64,000 nt of DNA from a virus (IMGVR_UViG_3300029288_000011:2669-66668); one strand, 5' to 3'. Positions 1 to 8,140 are shown, counted from the stretch's first letter. The notes: generated by a model from the sequence alone, not told the origin. Made by a program: numbers and translations.

Positions 1-2003
1 TTGAATGTGTTAGCTAATGTGAACGTATTAGCCAAGTTACGCGCTGCAAGTTCTTGTGCCGCATCCTCAAGGGTGATTGCTCTTGCTGTGCTAAGTCCGG
101 TTACTGTTATGTATCCTACGCCATCTGAGTCGTAGAATCTGTTAACGTGGCTAGACGCGTCTACATCAGCAGCTGCGACTTTTTGGTAGCTTGAACCGTC
201 TGTGATGGTGTCCATCGTGAGTGCCGCGGTCCATTGGTAGCCTGTTGCACCTGAGTTTACAATCAAGTATTGTCCCGCTGTGCCTACGGCGATTTCACTA
301 AAGGCTGTAGTAGTGCTCAAATATGGTATCGCATATTGAGTCCATGAACTTTTGTTCGTACCACCGTCTGCCACGGCAACATCTGTACCAGAAGCATAGT
401 ATGCTGCGTTACCAGCGACTTGTAATGCACCAGTAGAAACATTTACGTAGTTGTTGCCAAACGTCACAACTGGATCAGTGCCTGTTGATACGTCAAACGT
501 CCATGCGATTGTAGCGTCTCCACCAGCGGCCCAGGTTCGTGCACCAGTTAACTCAGTAGGATCAAACGCGATGCTACTAGACGTGAGGTCAATAGCTAAA
601 CCCTCGGATACGATAGAGGGCGTAGACGTAGAAGCTGCAACACTTGAGTAGACTAAACCACTCGTCAGCAAGCCTAAGTTTACCTCAGCACTCAACGTAG
701 CGTCTGCTGTGCTGACCCAGTATTTAGCGTCTGTTGGTGCACCACTTGGTGAAATAGAAACCCAACCGCCGTCATAGATTTTGAGGATGTTGTTTGTGTA
801 GTCCCACGCTATCCAAGCGGTGTCGGTAGCAGGTACAACATCAGCCCAGCGTGGGATGGCTAAGCCGTAGTCTTGACCGGTTGTGATGGTTACACCTGAG
901 ATGTCGACAGAGTCGGTAGCTGCGAATGTAAGTGTAGCTGCGAGGTCGGTAGCGGTGATGGTGTCGTTAGTGATCATGGCTGAGGTTACAGTACCCCATG
1001 AAGGATCGGTACCGTCAGTTATCAACACTGTATTCGCTGCACCAATAGCAAGCTCCGTCCAAGCTGGAGAGGAACTTCCAATGATTAGGTCACCTCTTGT
1101 TACCGTGAGCGCAGCAATAGCTGTAAGGTCGGCATCTAGGGTTTGTGCGCCTATAGCTGTTAACGCAGCTGCGGGAGTTTTGAATTCAAGCGCGGAGTTG
1201 TCGTTGGTTGATGTAAGGAAATAATTAGTTCCACCAGATGTTAACACCGCAGCTGCAGCCGCGCCGGTGAGTTGGATTACTGAAGCATCCGCAAAGGTTA
1301 ACCCTGCAACGGCAGCTAGTTCGGCGTCGTAGGCTTGGACGTTGGTGCCTATTGCTAAACCTAGGTTCGTACGTGCAGTTGCGTAGTCAGCAGAACCAAG
1401 CAACGAGACCATATTAGCTGAGGAGCTAATTACACTGGCCGTACCAGAACCTGTGAAGTATGGTATTGCGTTTGCCGCGCTGGTTACACCTGAGATAGCT
1501 TGAAGGTCTGCGTCGAGGGTGAGGATTGTACCACTAATGGTCAGGCCCGTGCTTAGGGTGAACCACGTAACTCCACTCGCACTATCATCCCAACCCATCA
1601 TGCGGTCTGCGTTAGGATCAGCCATGTAGCTGTTAGTACCACCAGCATCTAGGTCTATGTAGCCGTTGGTGTCACCGTCCCACACTGCGATGATCATATC
1701 ACCACCACCTGCTGGCGTACCCAAAGTCCATGACGTGGATGAGTGGGTGTATTGCATGTACTTACCATCATCAGCCGCGTCGGGTTCTTCTACGGTTAGA
1801 CCATGAATCGTGGTTGCGTCTCCTGCACCACTAGACGATTCAAAGTATAAGCCGTCACTACTGACTTTGATGTCCGATCCAGCCATGAGGTTTTGACCAT
1901 TGGCTAGGTCACGTGGTCGTACTGACCAACCAAATGCTAATGAGGGTATCAGTAGTAATGATACAATCAATGTAAACCAGAAACCACCTTTAGTTGTAAC
2001 CAT
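1..2003 (-). CDS. Tail-fibre/adhesin-like protein with N-terminal signal peptide (partial, runs off window start; absent from ORF track)
   Basis: ATG at 2003 with RBS AAGAGGT. Begins MVTTKGGFWFTLIVSLLLIPSLAFG. Contains ARTNLGLAIGTNVQAYDAELAAVAG and TLDADLTAIAAL fibre-type motifs. The segments I translated are open, including the last codons at the window edge. Confidence 0.75.
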   Translation of the reverse strand, partial: MVTTKGGFWFTLIVSLLLIPSLAFGWSVRPRDLANGQNLMAGSDIKVSSDGLYFESSSGAGDATTIHGLTVEEPDAADDGKYMQYTHSSTSWTLGTPAGGGDMIIAVWDGDTNGYIDLDAGGTNSYMADPNADRMMGWDDSASGVTWFTLSTGLTISGTILTLDADLQAISGVTSAANAIPYFTGSGTASVISSSANMVSLLGSADYATARTNLGLAIGTNVQAYDAELAAVAGLTFADASVIQLTGAAAAAVLTSGGTNYFLTSTNDNSALEFKTPAAALTAIGAQTLDADLTAIAALTVTRGDLIIGSSSPAWTELAIGAANTVLITDGTDPSWGTVTSAMITNDTITATDLAATLTFAATDSVDISGVTITTGQDYGLAIPRWADVVPATDTAWIAWDYTNNILKIYDGGWVSISPSGAPTDAKYWVSTADATLSAEVNLGLLTSGLVYSSVAASTSTPSIVSEGLAIDLTSSSIAFDPTELTGARTWAAGGDATIAWTFDVSTGTDPVVTFGNNYVNVSTGALQVAGNAAYYASGTDVAVADGGTNKSSWTQYAIPYLSTTTAFSEIAVGTAGQYLIVNSGATGYQWTAALTMDTITDGSSYQKVAAADVDASSHVNRFYDSDGVGYITVTGLSTARAITLEDAAQELAARNLANTFTLANTF

Positions 2004-2014
2004 GCTAATACCTC

Positions 2015-2386
2015 TTATTGAATGGCGAAGTGTGCAGTCAGCGTGGCGTTGGTGGCACCAGCTGTTTCCCACGCAGCGATTTTCATAAACCGGGCCATGG
2101 TGGGAGTGAACGTAATAACATCACGACCATCTGCGGCATTACCTGAGATGTTGGTAAGGCCGGTTGCTATTGAGTTGCCTTCGGTGGATTGGACAAAGTT
2201 TATGGCGTCGTTCGAGAGTAAGTATCCCAACGACACACTTACTCCAGCGGTGCTGATGTAGTATTGAAGCGAGAACGTACCACTTTTGCCAAACGTGCCT
2301 ATGTCTATGATGTCAGAGTAGGACGTTGTGCCAGTGGTTATTGTTGATGAGTTCCATAGTCGGTTGATTACGATGTCACGTGACAT
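2015..2386 (-). CDS. Hypothetical protein, 123 aa, beta-rich, possibly virion-associated
   Basis: ORF track; RBS AAGGAG; in the late operon between putative terS and the fibre gene. Confidence 0.6.
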   Translation of the reverse strand: MSRDIVINRLWNSSTITTGTTSYSDIIDIGTFGKSGTFSLQYYISTAGVSVSLGYLLSNDAINFVQSTEGNSIATGLTNISGNAADGRDVITFTPTMARFMKIAAWETAGATNATLTAHFAIQ

Positions 2387-2396
2387 AGGTGTCTCC

Positions 2397-3032
2397 TTAG
2401 TGCGTCTTGGTTGCTTGTAACATAGCTTTTAAGGTGGGGGATAACTCGTGCTTATCCCCGCCGTTGCCACCGATGGTGGGAATGGGCGTGTCACTGGGAA
2501 TATGTTTAGTAAACAACACCGGGTCCGGGGTGACGTTGATTACGTCGGGTTCGTCGTTAGTGGGTGCTAAGTCTGCCATTAGTTCTTTGTAAGCTGCTTC
2601 TGGGTCGTAGCCTAGGTCTGCATCGTCGTTGGTATCAGTCTCACCAGATGAGCGTTTGGTGACTCGTAGTAATTGTTCAAACACTATAGCATTGCCTGTA
2701 CCAGAAGTAGGTGTGGCTGAGTGTTGGGCTATACGGTTGAGGATGTTTTCACCCGTCTTAGTGCGTACGTCTGCACTCACGGCTTTGTCTTCGACAATGT
2801 CCACGAGAGCCTTTGCTACCTTCTCGGCCGCGTCTTCCATTATTTTAACGGCTTTCCCATAACGATCTTCTATTATCTTACGTTGACGCTCGATTTCTTG
2901 CTTAAAGAGTGGGTTAGCTTTTATGACTGACAGTCTCGACGCACTGATTTGAAAGTTTTGTAGGATTTCTGAGTTTTTCTTGCCCTCTGCGAACTCCTTG
3001 GCGAGTTGGATATGAAAGGGTGAAAGTCTCAT
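2397..3032 (-). CDS. terS: Putative terminase small subunit
   Basis: N-terminal HTH-like segment, central helical region, disordered C-terminus; first large gene of the leftward late unit. Position-based inference. Confidence 0.5.
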   Translation of the reverse strand: MRLSPFHIQLAKEFAEGKKNSEILQNFQISASRLSVIKANPLFKQEIERQRKIIEDRYGKAVKIMEDAAEKVAKALVDIVEDKAVSADVRTKTGENILNRIAQHSATPTSGTGNAIVFEQLLRVTKRSSGETDTNDDADLGYDPEAAYKELMADLAPTNDEPDVINVTPDPVLFTKHIPSDTPIPTIGGNGGDKHELSPTLKAMLQATKTH

Positions 3033-3147
3033 GTTAAGTAACTCCTTTTAATTGGTTGCTAGGTTTCTAGGGCCGGGCCTGGCGATTATTAACTCTGTCC
3101 TCCTAGACGACTTAACTAAACTCCTCCAGGCCCAGCTTGATGACTAA

Positions 3148-3207
3148 CTACTTACTAGCTTTACTGGGTTTCTGCTTCTTACTCTTTTTCTTAGTTTTCT
3201 TTCCCAT
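3148..3207 (-). CDS. Lysine-rich 19-aa peptide MGKKTKKKSKKQKPSKASK
   Basis: ATG at 3207 with RBS CAGGAG, TAG at 3150-3148, directly downstream of the leftward promoter. Confidence 0.5.
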   Translation of the reverse strand: MGKKTKKKSKKQKPSKASK

Positions 3208-3254
3208 TTCCCGGCTCCTGTGTGTGGGTTGTTATACTCTCCCATGATTGAGAC

Positions 3255-3283
3255 ATTATAGCAGCTTTCTATAACCCTGTCAA
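3255..3283 (-). promoter_or_regulatory. Leftward sigma70 promoter for the late unit
   Basis: TTGACA (3283-3278), 17-nt spacer ending TGC, TATAAT (3260-3255); perfect consensus with extended -10. Confidence 0.85.
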
Positions 3284-3568
3284 GACCTTTTTATAAGCGG
3301 GTCGAGATTGTGTACTTATTTGTACTCACCTACTTCTAGTCCCTCCTGACTCTCGTCATCACTGTCATTGTAGTTACTGTCAACTACCCAAAAATTTTTG
3401 TGGAAAAAAATTTTCATGTGGAGTCCTTGTCCCCGATTTGGCCGACGTTTGGCGAAAATCGGTTCATCGGGTCGAGCGATGAGAGAGAAAACGTCAAGTG
3501 ACATAGAAATAGGCTAGATTGACTAGATTTGGAGCGTCTTCTAGGATAAAGATTCCTGCATTTTTTTG

Positions 3569-3597
3569 TTGACATTCTAGATTCCATCTGATATACT
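3569..3597 (+). promoter_or_regulatory. Early sigma70 promoter P1
   Basis: TTGACA 3569-3574, N17 ending TGA, TATACT 3592-3597. Confidence 0.85.
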
Positions 3598-3769
3598 GGC
3601 CTCAAGAAATAAGGGATTTGTTCTTTGATAGGCAAAAGATCGACCTCAAAGGGAATGTCAGGCGCGGTTCCCGGCTCCAAGCCACGGATAAAGGGAGTCG
3701 ATTGACTGAAATCTGATAGAATCAGTCATCACCCGACCCCTATTCTATCCCAAATGAGAGGAGCATACT

Positions 3770-4261
3770 ATGGCTAAAAAGTCTGATCGCAAACCTATCC
3801 GCACTTATCAAGATGCCACTAGCGCGACCATGAACGTCTATCTGGTCGAAGCTACGACCAAGGACAAAGCCACTGGCAAGAGAATGGTGGTATGGTCTGG
3901 TGAATACGCTGAACCTGCCACGCTGAATGATGGTATCAAGGTCGATGGCCGGGATGAAGTGACTAAGGTCTGGAAGTCAGAGAGATTCACCAACTTCTTG
4001 GACACTCAGAGAAACGCCACCAAGGAATCCCGGTCTGCTATGATTAAACAACTGCTTGCAGCTATGGTCGCTGGTGATGCTATCAAGGTGGTCGAACTCT
4101 CGACTAAACTCGGCATTGACCTCAAGAAGGGTCTGACCAAGATTCTCGCTGACTTGCAGGTCGAGCCTACCACTGAACCTGAACCCGAACCAGAGGACGA
4201 CACAGACGATGATCCTATGGACGAAATTGCACAGGCGTTGCTTGATGACGCTGGTAAGTAG
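3770..4261 (+). CDS. Hypothetical early protein with acidic C-terminal tail (monocistronic)
   Basis: RBS GAGAGGAG; own promoter and terminator; tail EPEPEPEDDTDDDPMDE. Confidence 0.8.
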   Translation: MAKKSDRKPIRTYQDATSATMNVYLVEATTKDKATGKRMVVWSGEYAEPATLNDGIKVDGRDEVTKVWKSERFTNFLDTQRNATKESRSAMIKQLLAAMVAGDAIKVVELSTKLGIDLKKGLTKILADLQVEPTTEPEPEPEDDTDDDPMDEIAQALLDDAGK

Positions 4262-4266
4262 CGCCT

Positions 4267-4302
4267 AAAACCCTACCCATCGCAAGGTGGGTAGGGTTTT
4301 TT
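4267..4302 (+). terminator. Intrinsic terminator, probably bidirectional
   Basis: AAAACCCTACCCA / TGGGTAGGGTTTT perfect 13-bp stem, GCAA tetraloop, T6 tract. Confidence 0.9.
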
Positions 4303-4418
4303 AGTGCTATTATTCCATAGTCCTATCATATTATTATACCTATCCAGTTCATTTATTGAACCTATTATGTTACCATATCCATCGCACGATTAATGTTCAT
4401 ATTCACCCTATTTATTGG

Positions 4419-4728
4419 CTAAGCTATTGATTTTATTAGCTATTTAATGCCTACCAAATGTTTCCAATTTTCTATTATCTCATAAGTGATTGATTTTATT
4501 GCATATTTAATGGTTTGCTGAATGGTTTGATATACCAGTAGGGGTAGGGGGGTAGACTGGTAGTCTTTATACATATATATTTTTTTTTTTTTACTACACC
4601 CTCTACCTCTTGGTATATCAATAACCGAGAAATATCCTAAAAGGCTAATAATATCAATAGCTTAGAGGAAATCGCTACATTAGAACATTTTATGAGTACC
4701 TAAAAGCCTAATAATATCAATAGCTTAG
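4419..4728. repeat. Mirror-symmetric array of inverted and direct repeats around an AT-rich core; candidate replication origin
   Basis: Repeats at 4419, 4482, 4636 and 4699 with 63-bp period; inner inverted repeat TTGATATACCA 4527-4537 / TGGTATATCAA 4611-4621; T13 run 4580-4592. Confidence 0.7.
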
Positions 4729-4737
4729 CGAATTTGC

Positions 4738-4766
4738 TTGACATCCCTCAAATAATATGCTATCAT
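4738..4766 (+). promoter_or_regulatory. Sigma70 promoter P2
   Basis: TTGACA 4738-4743, N17 ending TGC, TATCAT 4761-4766. Confidence 0.85.
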
Positions 4767-4796
4767 GTAGGCATCTCAAACGAATGAATAGGAGGT

Positions 4797-5672
4797 GTGG
4801 TTATGAACAAGACTGATAAAGAACTAGAGGATGAGTTTAATAAAGCTATGTTAGAGGACGTTGATCCAGTGTGTATGAAACAGAACGAGGGAGTAGTGTT
4901 AACGCAGGTAGAATATAGTGAGTCAGTGGACACTACTACACACGCTACTACAGACACCCTGCCCGGTCAGGGGTATGGTAGACATAAGAACCAACAGGTG
5001 CAATTAAGCAGAGCACGTCAAAGACAAAAGAAGCAAGACACCTTACCAATGATAGGTGGAGAGTATGGTATGTATGCGTGTGATAATGCCGTTGCTAGAG
5101 TGTTGTGGATGGCTAAGGGACAAGATAGTATTAAGCCTAGGTGGGCAGTGAAGGCGTTGGTGACACTTAGGGATAATGGGGTGTGTCAGGTATGTGGTGA
5201 TGAGTGTGATACACATGGAGAGGTGGTTAGAAAGACACCATCGGTAGCAGGTGGGGAGTTCAATGAGTTTAATTGCATATTGGTGTGTCCAAATTGTTAT
5301 GCAGTGTGGCCTAAGAAGAGTTTTGATAAGACTAGATCACCAATGTTGAATATATATACACAATATATGTATGTGTTGAAACGTAGAGGATTTGGTAGAA
5401 AGGGTGCGGTGCCACTGTCTGCTAAGGGTATGGAGAAGTATAGGGAGGTGTGTCATAGGTTAGAAGATAGCCAGATACGGCTAGAGGTAGAGTTAGAGAA
5501 CATGCAACGTACGGTTGGTAAGGAGATTGTTAAGAGACGTATGACAGAGGAGGAGTACATGGAGATGATTAGTATGAAAAAGAAACCAATTAAAGACATA
5601 GAAGTTTCAAATCTTGAACCGGATATGTCAGTAGATGAGGATGGTACGGTATGGAGGACAGTTAAGGAATGA
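4797..5672 (+). CDS. Protein with HNH-like zinc-binding domain (catalytic His residues apparently lost)
   Basis: RDNGVCQVCG...GGEFNEFNCILVCPNCY; flanking acidic and coiled-coil regions. Confidence 0.7.
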   Translation: MVMNKTDKELEDEFNKAMLEDVDPVCMKQNEGVVLTQVEYSESVDTTTHATTDTLPGQGYGRHKNQQVQLSRARQRQKKQDTLPMIGGEYGMYACDNAVARVLWMAKGQDSIKPRWAVKALVTLRDNGVCQVCGDECDTHGEVVRKTPSVAGGEFNEFNCILVCPNCYAVWPKKSFDKTRSPMLNIYTQYMYVLKRRGFGRKGAVPLSAKGMEKYREVCHRLEDSQIRLEVELENMQRTVGKEIVKRRMTEEEYMEMISMKKKPIKDIEVSNLEPDMSVDEDGTVWRTVKE

Positions 5673-5844
5673 CTGAATAGCACCTTTCCCGTCCCGGATC
5701 GTCGAGATTAGTCCACCGAGCGAGCGTAGCGAGGGAGGGCCGTGTGGGTAGCAACGAGACTAGACTCACACATGTAGTCCAAACGTAGGAGTAAGCCTAG
5801 TTGGTGAGAGCTAAATAGCTGAAATGATTAGAGAATTTGAGAAA

Positions 5845-5868
5845 GCTATAATATAGCTATATTGTAGC
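5845..5868. promoter_or_regulatory. 24-bp near-perfect palindrome, candidate operator
   Basis: GCTATAATATAG|CTATATTGTAGC, one mismatched pair, 52 bp upstream of the P3 -35 box. Confidence 0.45.
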
Positions 5869-5920
5869 CATGCCATAAGCTATTGGAATCATTAAGCAAT
5901 CAAGATATTTTCGATTTTTC

Positions 5921-5949
5921 TTGACAATCTCGCTCCAATATGCTATAAT
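5921..5949 (+). promoter_or_regulatory. Sigma70 promoter P3 driving the early small-gene operon
   Basis: TTGACA 5921-5926, N17 ending TGC, TATAAT 5944-5949. Confidence 0.9.
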
Positions 5950-6018
5950 TGTCCAGATAATTGAAGTAGGCAATAAGTGAGGATTAGACTAGGATTAACC
6001 CATAAAAGAGAGGAGACC

Positions 6019-6252
6019 ATGAAAATCACGGTTCCAGCCCACAAATGCTACAAATATGAAGAGGTTTGGGAAGTTGTAGAATTCAAGGACGGTTGCATAT
6101 ATAAGACCGAGCCTCTAGGGTTTGTAGTAGCCATAGATGATCCAGATTATGACAGAATAGACAGAAGTAGATATACATTGGCCACGATAAATGCCAAACC
6201 CGGCAAAGAGTATGTGTTAGAACTGTACAAAGCACAGAAGATCGCAAACTAA
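6019..6252 (+). CDS. Hypothetical early protein
   Basis: Start moved to ATG 6019 after AAAAGAGAGGAGAC. Confidence 0.7.
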   Translation: MKITVPAHKCYKYEEVWEVVEFKDGCIYKTEPLGFVVAIDDPDYDRIDRSRYTLATINAKPGKEYVLELYKAQKIAN

Positions 6253-6269
6253 AAGAGAGGAGACTCCAA

Positions 6270-6389
6270 ATGACCCCAAAAGCCGCACGGAAGTTACTCA
6301 GAAAGTACAACTACCACATTATGAACCACAAGGTTGGTAACGCCACAGCTCCAGACTGGATGTTGAGGTTGTGGAAAAAGTGTACATAA
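6270..6389 (+). CDS. Hypothetical 39-aa basic protein
   Basis: MTPKAARKLLRKYNYH..., strong RBS; below track cutoff. Confidence 0.6.
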   Translation: MTPKAARKLLRKYNYHIMNHKVGNATAPDWMLRLWKKCT

Positions 6390-6413
6390 GCAGCACTCAA
6401 GGGGTAGGCTAAC

Positions 6414-6611
6414 GTGAAACCCTCCAGCCAAACTATAGGACACTCACTTGAAGCGTATCTCAGGTCACGTGAGGTGGTGTATGGTAAATCTAACTATCAT
6501 AACAATCTAGCCAAGTATCCTAACCGGATTAAGTTGCAAACCCATCGTAGGGTCAGTGGGATCGACGATGGGTTTGTGACGTTTAGGAAGTATAAAAAGA
6601 GAGGAGACTAA
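6414..6611 (+). CDS. Hypothetical protein
   Basis: ORF track, GTG start, fills the operon gap. Confidence 0.5.
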   Translation: MKPSSQTIGHSLEAYLRSREVVYGKSNYHNNLAKYPNRIKLQTHRRVSGIDDGFVTFRKYKKRGD

Positions 6612-6612
6612 C

Positions 6613-6792
6613 ATGACTACAAACAAGGTAGTAGTTGAACTTACACTAAAGCAGTTGGATGATTTACTGTCCAATAGAGTCTCACAAATGAAACCTGTTA
6701 TTGAGTATATCAGGGATAACGTGCAAGACGTTGAAGACTACATTCCAGACCTCGCAGACCTGGACATGGGTGAGCTTGAGGACGAAGGCTAA
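6613..6792 (+). CDS. Hypothetical 59-aa acidic protein
   Basis: MTTNKVVVELTLKQLDDLL...DMGELEDEG; strong RBS; below track cutoff. Confidence 0.65.
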   Translation: MTTNKVVVELTLKQLDDLLSNRVSQMKPVIEYIRDNVQDVEDYIPDLADLDMGELEDEG

Positions 6793-6794
6793 TC

Positions 6795-7064
6795 ATGTAC
6801 ATACCCACCCCACTAGATGAATACGTTGTCACCCCAATGCCAGACGGGACGTATAGCGTGTGGAATGAACCCAAGGACACACGTTATGCCGTCTGGCAGG
6901 CTGGCAACGGTAGGTACAGATGTACATGTGATCATTGGACTTATCGTTGCAAACTTTGGGGCGCGGATTGCAAACATATCACACTCGTCAAGGCGAGTAA
7001 CAAAAGAGAGGAGACTAACTATGAAAAAGCCCACCAAAACAGACAAAGGTATCAAAGCCTTTAA
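6795..7064 (+). CDS. SWIM-type zinc-finger protein
   Basis: YRCTCDHW...DCKHI (CxC...CxH). Confidence 0.7.
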   Translation: MYIPTPLDEYVVTPMPDGTYSVWNEPKDTRYAVWQAGNGRYRCTCDHWTYRCKLWGADCKHITLVKASNKREETNYEKAHQNRQRYQSL

Positions 7065-7446
7065 AGTTGTTGGCCCTCAGGGGTATGGCACGAATGTTAC
7101 GGGTGCTATTTTTGGTGTTCGTGGTATCACTCCAACCATTCGAGAGTTTCTCGACAAGTATCCAAACTATTTCCCAAAATACAAACGTGGTGCTATTATT
7201 AACCAAGCGCCGAAGAGTGCTGGAGTGTTTTGTTTCAGCACCATTGTGGATGCTCGTAAGTTTATACACAATAACTTCCAACTTCGTGAGCAGGACGTCA
7301 AAATACTCCAGGTAACTGGTTGGGGACGTAGGAAGATCACTGAAATAATACCTGGTTGTATGGAACTTAGTACGCTGTTTCGAAAGTGTGACCCATTTGA
7401 CTTAACGCGGGCACCCCCAAGGAACCATCGGCTTCAGACGCATTAA
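7021..7446 (+). CDS. Hypothetical protein
   Basis: Start moved to ATG 7021 after the repeated RBS motif. Confidence 0.6.
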   Translation: MKKPTKTDKGIKAFKVVGPQGYGTNVTGAIFGVRGITPTIREFLDKYPNYFPKYKRGAIINQAPKSAGVFCFSTIVDARKFIHNNFQLREQDVKILQVTGWGRRKITEIIPGCMELSTLFRKCDPFDLTRAPPRNHRLQTH

Positions 7447-7479
7447 AGTGGGCAACAAAATAAGAGAGGACAAAAAGTC

Positions 7480-7761
7480 ATGACAACCATTCTAGGCCAA
7501 CATATTTCACTCATACGGCCCTCACCACCACACAGGGCCATCGTCTACAAAAACGAGCGACCCCGGCCTAAGTCTCCAGTTAGGAGCAAACGCGCCATGT
7601 GTGGTAAGGTTCGTTTGATATGTGTGGAAGTTCTAGGTGGGATTATCTACTCCATCACTAAAGGCACACACTTAAACGTCATACAAACCTTCAACATAGA
7701 CCCAAGTAGGGTGATACGAACAGGTTGGCAACTCGATAACAACCAGTTCATATGGCGGTGA
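7480..7761 (+). CDS. Hypothetical protein
   Basis: ORF track, RBS GAGAGGA. Confidence 0.55.
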   Translation: MTTILGQHISLIRPSPPHRAIVYKNERPRPKSPVRSKRAMCGKVRLICVEVLGGIIYSITKGTHLNVIQTFNIDPSRVIRTGWQLDNNQFIWR

Positions 7762-7762
7762 G

Positions 7763-8140
7763 GTGAGTATGGGACTGCTAAACGACGACAATAAGGTAAC
7801 TACAGGCGTGAAGGTAGCTATTAGGTCAAAGACCGAAGACCCTAGGTACTTTCAAGCTAATGACTTATTGAAGCAGATTGATAAGTTGAGGGCTGAGCGT
7901 AGCAACTTACTGAAACAAGCGGATCAGTATAGAGAGAGGTTGGATACGTTAGAAGCACAGTTTCATAGGATTGTGCTTGAGTTAGAACCTACCGAGATAT
8001 GCACCACTAACAAACCCAAATCCCCACAAGACAAAAAAGCTGAGTCAGTTAAGGCTATTCAACAGGCGTTGGCAAGTAAGTTAGCTGACTCACCGGGGTT
8101 TGAGGAACAGTTAATGAAAATCTTGGAGACGATGAAATGA
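7763..8140 (+). CDS. Hypothetical coiled-coil protein
   Basis: Heptad-rich segment LLKQIDKLRAERSNLLKQADQYRERLDTLE. Confidence 0.65.
   Translation: MSMGLLNDDNKVTTGVKVAIRSKTEDPRYFQANDLLKQIDKLRAERSNLLKQADQYRERLDTLEAQFHRIVLELEPTEICTTNKPKSPQDKKAESVKAIQQALASKLADSPGFEEQLMKILETMK

Noticed and set aside
451-2862. Plus-strand track ORFs (451-651, 883-1224, 1900-2088, 2022-2261, 2407-2592, 2629-2862)
   Set aside because: Antisense shadows of the minus-strand late genes, with no RBS or motifs
3378-3383. Extra TTGACA on the minus strand (and on the plus strand at 9267-9272)
   Set aside because: No -10 hexamer at 17-bp spacing
3625-3700. c-di-GMP-I riboswitch suggested by GGCAAA
   Set aside because: The GCAAAG segment and tetraloop/receptor pattern are absent
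4538-4555. G-rich tract as a G-quadruplex
   Set aside because: Only a G4 and a G6 run; it is the arm of an inverted repeat
4636-4728. Repeat-spacer-repeat (30/33/30 bp) resembling a mini CRISPR array
   Set aside because: Only two copies, mirrored by inverted copies at 4419-4503, without typical CRISPR repeat ends or cas genes; better explained as protein-binding sites
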